Positions 55,501-64,000 of a DNA stretch of 64,000 nt are shown here, piece after piece. The notes beneath the pieces were generated by a model, which was not told where the DNA came from, ran no database searches, and worked only from the letters and a program-made list of their open reading frames with translations. Positions within the stretch are counted from its first letter, which is position 1. Each line of letters begins with the position of its first letter. Made by a program: the position numbers and the translations under genes. Origin of the DNA: Eledone cirrhosa (lineage: Eukaryota). Location of the stretch: the NCBI GenBank assembly GCA_964016885.1, contig OZ024742.1, positions 290,470,001 to 290,534,000 on the forward strand, given 5' to 3'.

Positions 55501-57460
55501 TTGCTAACCATTTAACATATTTCTTGCTAACAGTTGGACATATCTTTTGCTAAGCATTTGATATATCTCTTGCTATCTATTTGACATCTTTTTCTAACCA
55601 TTTCATACATCTTTTGTTAACCATTTGACATATCTCTTGCTAACCGTTTGAAATCTCTCGCTAAACATTTGATACATCCTTTGCTAACCATTTGAAATCT
55701 CTCGCTAAACATCTGACACATCCCTTGTTAACCATTTGGCGTATCTCTTCCTAACTGTTTGACATCTTTTGCTAACCATTTGACATCTCTTCCTAACTGT
55801 CTGACATCTTTTGCTAACCATTTGACATATCTCTTGCTCACCACTTGACATCTTTTGCTAACTATTTGACATATTTCTTGTTAACCATTTGACATCTCTT
55901 GGTAACCATTTGACATTCCTTGCTAACCATTTGACATATTTTGCCAACCATTTGACACATCTCTTGCTAATCATTTGACATCTCTTGCTAATCATTTGAC
56001 ATCTTTTGCGAACCTTTTGACAGCGCTTGCTAACCATTTGACATCACTTGCTAATCATGTGACGCAGCTCTTGCTAACCATTTGATACATCTCTTGCTAA
56101 CTATTTGACATATCTCTTGCTAACCATTTGACATATCTCTTCATAAATATTTTACATCTCTTGCTAACCACTTGACACATCTTTTGCTAAGCATTTGATA
56201 TATCTGTTGCTAACCATTTGACATGCCTTGCTGACCATTTGGCATATCTCTTGTTAACTATTTGACATCTTTTGCTAACACTTTGACATATTTTGTGCTA
56301 ACCATTTGTCATCTCTTTCTAACCATTTGACACACCGCTTGTTAACCATTTGACATATCTCTTGTTAACCATTTGACATGCCTTGCTGACCATTTGGCAT
56401 ATCACTTGCTAACTATTTGCCATCTTTTGCTAACACTTTGACATATTTTGTGCTAACCATTTGACATCTCTTTCTAACCATTTGACACACCGCTTGTTAA
56501 CCATTTGACATATCTCTTGTTAACCATTTGACGCAACTCTTGATAACCATTTGACATCTCTTGCTAACCATTTGGTATAGTTCTTGCTAACTATTTGACA
56601 TATCTCTTGTTAACCATTTCACATATCTCTTGCTAACCATTTCACATATCTCTTGCTAACAATTTGACATCTCTTGTTAACCATTTGGCATATTTCTTGC
56701 TAACCATTTGACATACTTCTTGCTAACCATTTGACCTATTTGTTGCTAACCATTTGACATCTCTTGCTAACCATTTGACATATTTCTTACTAACAAATTC
56801 AAATCTGCTGCTATCCTTTGGCATATCTCTTGTTAACCATTTGACGCATGTCCTGATAACCATTTGACCTATCTCTTGCTAGCCATGTGACCCATTGATA
56901 TATCTCTTGCTAACCATCTGACACATCTCTTGCTAACCATTTGACATCTTTTGCTAACCATTAGACACATCTTTTGTTAACCATATGACATCTCTTGCTA
57001 ACCATTTCACATCTCCTTGATAACCATTTGACCCATCTCTTGCTAACCATTTGACCTTTTTTGCTAACCATGAGACACATCTCTTGCTAACCATTAGACA
57101 CATCTCTTGTTAACCATTTGACACCTCTTGCTAACCATCTGACCCATCTCTTGCTAACCATTAGATACATCTCTTGTTAACCATTTGACATCTCTTGCTA
57201 ACCATTTCAGTTCTCTTGCTAACCATTTGACACATCTCTTTCTAACCATTTGACATCTCTTCCTAACCATTAGACACATCTCTTGTTAACCATTAGACCT
57301 CTTTTGCGAATATTTTGACATCTCTTGCTAAGCATTTGATACATCTCTTGCTAACCATTTGACATCTCTTGCTAACCATTTGACATATCTCTTGCTAACC
57401 ATTTGGCATCTTCTGCTAACCATTTGACATATCTCTTGCTAACCATTTGACACATTTCTT
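49554..57460. repeat. Intronic 20-22 bp satellite, copy 2 (~7.9 kb)
   Basis: Same monomer and flanks as 18753-24374. Confidence 0.97.
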
Positions 57461-57679
57461 CACTGATTCTCATTCTTCCTCTGTGGTTGTTTTCCTCTTT
57501 CCTCAAAAGTCTTTCTTATGGATTTCTTTTCAGTCTTCTTGTTTCCTATGATAGATATAATTTTAAGTGTTTTAAATCTTCTGCTCATTATTTCCTGATT
57601 TCAACGGCAGCATCTAACTAGGTATAGTTTTATTCTTCTTTTCTTTTGTAACTGGCAACAAACAAACTGGTTGCTTGAC

Positions 57680-57905
57680 ACTTGCTGTATTGCTGGTTAT
57701 TGCCTTGTTGAGACTTGCTGAATTGCTGGTTACTGCCTTGTTGGGACTTACTGTATTGCTGGTTACTGCCTTGTTGGGACTTACTGTATTGCTGGTTACT
57801 GCAATGTTGGGACTTACTGTATTGCTGGTTACTGCCTTGTTGGGACTTACTGTATTGCTGGTTACTGCCTTGTTGGGACTTGCTGTATTGTTTGGACTTA
57901 CTGTA
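57680..57905. repeat. 33-bp minisatellite, expanded copy (about 6-7 units)
   Basis: Same unit as 24595-24740. Confidence 0.88.
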
Positions 57906-57993
57906 GGTTGCTGTTGAAAGTGACTTACAATAACATTATTGTAAGATGTCATTGTAAAATATTAATTGCAAATTATTAAACTTTTTTTTTTAG

Positions 57994-58221
57994 GTATTGC
58001 AGTGTTTAGTTAACATAATAATCACTTGTCTAAAAGCTGCTGAGCAAAAGGGAGCCAAAAGCATTGCATTCCCTATTTTAGGGTCTGGAGAATTGAAGTA
58101 CCCTCTTGACAAACTACCTTCAACCATGTATGAAGCAGTGAAAACATACTCACATAGAAATACAAGTCATATTGATGTTGTCAACTTTGTTATTTTACCT
58201 AAAGATTCAAACATAATAGAG
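57994..58221 (+). CDS. Exon E' (duplicate macrodomain C-half)
   Basis: Intact splice sites, 228 nt, open; differs from exon E by S>C, E>Q, R>K and one silent change. Confidence 0.9.
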
Positions 58222-58247
58222 GTTGGTTGATCTATTTTGTTTTCATT

Positions 58248-59296
58248 CATCATCATCATCATCATCGTTTAACGTCCATGTTCCACGCTTGCATGGGAGT
58301 TTTCCCACTTGAGGCAAGAGTGGTTGTCTTGCTCGCATAGGACTGTCTGGCGGGTTTTCTACAGCTGGATGCCCTTCCTAACACCAACCACATTTACAGT
58401 GTGGGGCTGGGAGGTTTTTACCGTGTTGCCTACACGGCCACATTACAGCGTGGACTGTGTGTTGAAAGGGGCGGTGTGGATGGGGTGGGGTGGTGGGACG
58501 GGGGTGTATTTTGTTAGAGATGCCTACTGACTGTAGTAGGTTTTACTATGTATTTAGGTAAGGCGGGTCTTCTCTATTACTGAGTACCGCCAAAGATCTC
58601 GGTCCAGTGACATTGTCTTGGAGAGGTGTAAGTGTGTGAGGTCGGAATTTATCAGCTCGTACCAGGTTTTTCTGGGTCTGCCTACTCCGTGGTTACCATC
58701 TATCTTTATTGCCCTGCACTTTGTTATACAGCTGTCATCTTTCATGCGCATCATGTGACCATACCAACGTAGCCTTCTCTCGAGTAAACAACATCTGATC
58801 CCTCTTATTTCTAATTTTTTCCTTAGTTCGTTTATGCTTTGCCGTTCACATATATTACTATTACACATCCAGCGGATCATGCAAGCTTCGTTCCTCTCTA
58901 GTCTGCGTATATCCTCTGCATGCAATGCCCAGGTCTCACTGCCATGCAACATTGCTGTTCGTATGCAGGCATCATACAACCTGCCTTTCATTTTTAGGGA
59001 GAACCCTTTAGCGGCTAATAGTGGTATAAGCTCTCTGAACTTTTTCCATCCAGTTCTGACTCTAGCTACTGTACTTTCCAAGCACCCTCCCCCACTGCTG
59101 ATTTTGTCACCCAGGTAACGGAAGCTGTCCACTATTTCTATAGAACCCTCTGCGCAATTGAAAGAGCTAGTATTTTGTGGGCACTTGCTGCTACTTATTG
59201 CACCAGAGCACCGGCCACATGTAAAATCTATGTTCTTAGTTAGCTTGCCTGTGATCCCACTACATCTTTTATGCACCCATACTTTACATTTGGGAC
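58248..59296 (-). mobile_element. 5'-truncated RTE LINE (duplicate of 25071-26133)
   Basis: ORF 58554..59276; same junctions as copy 1. Confidence 0.93.
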
Positions 59297-59863
59297 TTAA
59301 TATAGTAGAAAATATCTAAAATCTGCTTTGTTAATTCAAATATTTCTATCTTTGCTAGTGGACATATTGTGAAAATTTGCAGTTGTAGAAGACTAAATCA
59401 TTTTTTACTCTTATTATCATGTAATTATTTAGAAGAAAAATATCTAGAAACGGATTTGTTAATTCAAATGTTTATTGGTGGACAGTGTGTTGTTAACATT
59501 TTCAGTCTTAGAGTAAAGACTGTAATTTTTAATGTAATTTAGGCATAGTTATCTATATATATAAAACTGATGTCTGTGTGTCCTCATTTTTGCAAAGTCA
59601 ATACAAATCCACATTTCTACTCCGATTGACTTGAAACTCGCATTTATATATTCCTTGCAGTCTAAAGATATTAACTGCCGCTTTTTTTTTCTTTCAATTT
59701 TCTGTTGTTAAAGGGTGTTAGGCGCCGGTTATCCATCTCCGTCGCGCTCTAATAATATCTGTCTGTATGCCTGGCTGTCTGCATAAACGTCATTGCTGAC
59801 GTATTATCTTCGCTACATTCACATACAGCCACGCGCGCACGCACATATATATATATATATACT

Positions 59864-60894
59864 TATATAGAGATTACATGAATCAAAGTTCTGTTAAAAT
59901 CATTTATTTGCTTACAGTTGTTTCTTCCAAACCGATGTTTGGAGTCTTCGGAGCAATTATTCAGTGATTTTTAACATACTTGACCTCCTTTTCAACACAA
60001 GAGACATATAGAAACATATGTTTATATTGACCCACAGTGGGTTGACATCCATTATAATAATATAGCATGGTAATTTACATACAAAGATTACAGTCATATT
60101 AAAGGACAAAATTAAAGTTAAAATTAAAATTAAAATTAAAATAAAACATTGGCAGTTTACTAAGATAAAGCAAGAGGAAAGTTTGGTGTAGCCAGTGTAT
60201 GCAACAGTCACACGTGTGGCATGCACGAGTGTCCTATTTATACAAGATTATAGTGCGGCAGATTGTTACATGTAAAACAAGCAGTCAAAGCAGGCAATTA
60301 AGAGCATCATGGGGGCTGTATTTTTGATATTTTTGATATTTGTATTTCTGATATTTTTGATATTTTTGATATTTTTGGTGTTTCTCTATACACAGGCTTC
60401 TATATCGTACAGGTGTGTATGAATAATGCTTTACCAGTACAGCCCCCATGATGCTCTTAATTGCCTGCTTTGACTGCTTGTTTTACATGTAACAATCTGC
60501 CACACTATAATCTTGTATAAATAGGACACTCGTGCATGCCACACGTGTGACTGTTGCATACACTGGCTACTCCAAACTTTCCTCTTGCTTTATCTTAGTA
60601 AACTGCCAATGTTTTATTTTAATTTTAATTTTAATTTTAACTTTAATTTTGTCCTTTAATATGACTGTAATCTTTGTATGTAAATTACCATGCTATATTA
60701 TTATAATGGATGTCAACCCACTGTTGGTCAATATATACATATGTTTCTATATGTCTCTTGTGTTGAAAAGGAGGTCAAGTATGTTAAAAATCACTGAATA
60801 ATTGCTCCGAAGACTCCAAACCTCGGTTTGGAAGAAACAATTGTAAGCAAATAAATGATTTAAACAGAACTTTGATTCATGTAATCTCTATATA
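59864..60894. repeat. Long inverted repeat, collapsed duplicate of 26700-28370 (hammerhead-like motif at 60802-60850)
   Basis: Same arms; spacer replaced by (TTTTTGATA)n-like repeats at ~60320-60375. Confidence 0.88.
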
Positions 60895-61858
60895 ACTGCT
60901 CTGTAAAACAACTGATGTTGTTACATTGAGCTATTTATCTTACTGGTAATAAGATAGTAATAAATTACTGTCTTTCACTATTTAGGGTATAAAATATATA
61001 TAACTATAAAAGGTTTTAGTATATACATAACCATAAATAGTATCCTTAATACTATATACTTATATATACATATATATACACATATGTACATATACACACA
61101 CATATATACACATATACATATTAAGGGTGAAAGCAGCGATTCTTTGCTTAAACTTTAATCTGTTATTCTAATAAATATATATATATATACATATACAAAC
61201 ACATACAAACTGTAGCTTATCGGCAGTGAGGAACATGACCAATGCTGCAGTGGGAGGAGTGGGTTTTGTTTTCAGCACAAAAACCAATCTATTGGTGAGG
61301 GAAATAATACCTGTCTCTCCGCAAGTGTTGAGGGTGACCTTCAATGGAAACCCAAGACTGACAGTCACCTCAGCCTATAGTTTTGGTGACAAATACAGTG
61401 AAGGGAATACTCGGGAATACTCATCTTTTTCCATTTCTCCGAGGGTTCTTAACCCTACTATCAGGCTAAATAATTTCTTTAATTTCTTTATTCAAACTAC
61501 AGCGATAACTTACATTTATAATTTCAAACTGGCTCGCTGTTTCGAAAATATTCTTACTTGATATATATACAGATACATTGTAGGTTGCTTTAACCCGTCT
61601 TTTATTATTCAAAAAACTTCTTGCCAATAAACATTAACCCTTTGTGCGCCACTCATCTAACTGTAGACCAACAAATACCAAAAATCGGAGCGTTGACAAG
61701 AACGATGGCGAATGAATGTTCGAGATAAGCAGTTTCCTCCCGAGCTGTTAGTTCACGCGGGATTCTCTGCTACACCTTTTCGTAATAATACCGAACAACG
61801 TAATGCTGGTCACTCCTTCCTCCAAAAGCTGTACAAAGCATCTCTCTCTCTCTCCCTA

Positions 61859-61897
<39 letters not shown>

Positions 61898-61903
<6 letters not shown>

Positions 61904-62199
61904 CTTCATAATATTAATAAATATAGACAGTCATGTGATCAAATATATTTTATTATACATATTTCAGAGGTACTGAGCTATATCATCAGTACGTCCTCAT
62001 CAGATAAAATAAATTGATGTCTGACACACCTCAACTGTGCTGATGGTTCAATTCCAGTCTTGGCAGTATTTGGCAGACATCAATTTATTTTATTTGATGA
62101 GGACGTACTGATGATATAGCTCAGTACCTCTGAAATATGTATAATAAAATATATTTGATCATATGAATGTCTATATTTATTAATATTTTGAAGTAATAT
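61898..62199. repeat. Hammerhead-bearing palindrome (duplicate of 30047-30348)
   Basis: Essentially identical sequence; intact hammerhead on the - strand at ~61947-62010. Confidence 0.88.
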
Positions 62200-62704
62200 T
62201 AATAACTCCAGAAAATCTTTTTTGTCGAGTGCTTCTAATCTATTGTAAAACTTTATTCATTGATTAATCAATGAACCTTGTTAAACTTTTGGTTATATAT
62301 ATATATATATATATCATCATCATCATCATCATCATTTTACATCCACTTTTCCCTGCTTGCAAGGGTGGGACAGGAACTGATTCTGGCTTGATTTCTACAG
62401 CTGGATGCCCTTTGTAACACCAACCTCATTTATAGTGAGTGCTGGGTGCTTTTTGCCGTGGCACCTTCACGACCACTTTGCAGTGGAATGATAGGGACCC
62501 CGGTCCTATCATCTCATTTCTACAGCTAAGTAAACTGGAGCAATGTGAAATATATATATATATATATAGTTAAAAGAATAGAGGTGTAACACACAAGTTA
62601 TTATATATTGGTAAACGGAATAGAAAATGCTGACAAATTGTTCACAGTTGAAAAATGGTTTAATTAGGAATAAAAGAGTATTAGTGATTGTATGGGTTAG
62701 TATT

Positions 62705-62902
62705 CAGTTGTGGTTTTAAGTTTTTAAGTTTTTACCGGTTGCGCATTTCTAAATGCTTTTCAAAAATAAATTTGAGATAGAGTGTCCGTGCTGTTTGCTC
62801 TGATCTGAGCAAACAGCACGGACACTCTATCTTAAGATTATTTTTGAAAAGCATTTAGAAATGCGCAACCGGTAAAAACTTAAAAACTTAAAACCACAAC
62901 TG
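62705..62902. repeat. ~200-bp near-perfect palindrome unique to copy 2
   Basis: CAGTTGTGGTTTTAAG...GTTTGCTC TGATCT GAGCAAAC...CTTAAAACCACAACTG. Confidence 0.9.
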
Positions 62903-63644
62903 TGCCTAACATAGAATCAATTATTACACATAGACTATATTCTTACTTTATATCACCTTGAAAAAATCCTTCGTAAACATAAACATTTTTTTTTGACGTT
63001 AGATTATTCATCCTCTATTCATTATTTTTTTCTCACTTTCATCTAACTTATTCATGCTCATCTCACAATATATCCTTACTTACATTACTTATGTGTTTTT
63101 TTAATAATACATATCAACATTTTCTTTCCATCGCACATATTATTAAACCCTTAACATTATTCTTAATACATATTAACATTTTCTTTCCATCGCACATATT
63201 ATTAAACCCTTAAATATTATTCTTAATACATATTAACAATTTCTTTTCATCGCACATATTATTAAACCCTTCAATATACAAACCTTAACTTTACATTATT
63301 TTTTCTCTTCGTTAATTTTCAAATTCTTTTAATTTATACATTATCTTCCAATGGTTTTTCAACCTCTCTATGTAAAACAATATATTTTTCTCAGTTATAA
63401 AAGCTATCTCTCTCTCTCTATCAGCCATCTCTCCTCCTATCTCATCCTTCCTCATTACACTCCTCCCCCTCCACTTTTTACTCTCATCTCCTCCTCTTTT
63501 TCATCATTTCCACCCCACCCCACACACCCCACCCCCCCCCAATTTTTTTCCCCAATATCACACATCAATCTAAAACTACTTTTCATATGTTGATTTAAAA
63601 CTGCACTATCCACAAGTGTTTTTAACCTTCATATCATGTCCTCA

Positions 63645-63715
63645 TATTTTATCTGATGAAAACACAAATGTCATTGCATGATGATATTTGTTTTTGAAAT
63701 GCGCATAATAAAATA
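63645..63715 (+). ncRNA. Minimal type I hammerhead ribozyme (duplicate of 33429-33499)
   Basis: Identical core and stems I/III; the one stem II change (T>C) turns a U-G pair into C-G. Confidence 0.87.
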
Positions 63716-63743
63716 CATGGAACTCATTTAACCATCTTTTGAT

Positions 63744-63789
<46 letters not shown>

Positions 63790-64000
63790 ATAAGAACAGA
63801 TTAAAGTTTAAGCAAAGAATCGCTGCTTTCAACATTAACGGGATCTTCTGAAGCTAAAAAATATAATCTGTGAACGCAGAAGTAAATGCAACTGAAGGAA
63901 AACAGGAAGACGATATTTTGGTTCGTGAAGACAATAAATGGAAAAAAAGCGAGGATAATACGTCGTTATGTGGACTGAGAAGAACAATTTCATGCAAAGA

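Larger units (their letters stand above)
46865..64000 (+). repeat. Intragenic segmental duplication, copy 2 (continues beyond window)
   Basis: Colinear with 13040-33774 apart from several large indels. Confidence 0.95.

Noticed and set aside
57614-57952. ORFs with 11-aa repeats (SPNKAVTSNTV / LLVTALLGLTV)
   Set aside because: Produced by the 33-bp minisatellite in an intron; no splice or homology support.

Overview
AT-rich, intron- and repeat-dense animal DNA; the SINE/RTE repertoire suggests a cephalopod such as Octopus, which is an inference. The window lies inside one large + strand gene encoding tandem ADP-ribose-binding macrodomains (PARP9/14/15-like). Nine GT-AG exons join into one open frame. 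Two complete a GIFG-type macrodomain; a 4-exon, 669-nt, phase-1 symmetric module (linker + second macrodomain) follows and is tandemly duplicated with its introns (~13.0-33.8 kb vs ~46.9-64.0 kb), adding an extra macrodomain in frame. The introns hold two Tx1/L1-clade LINEs seated in (GATA)n microsatellites, an internally deleted gypsy-type LTR element with a 5-bp TSD, a decayed piggyBac and a related MITE, several RTE LINEs, tRNA-derived SINEs and a 20-22 bp satellite (5.6 and 7.9 kb). They also hold a probable ~8 kb non-autonomous Helitron containing nested inverted-repeat Penelope-like fragments, which carry three distinct minimal hammerhead ribozyme motifs. No prokaryotic features or CRISPR arrays are present.
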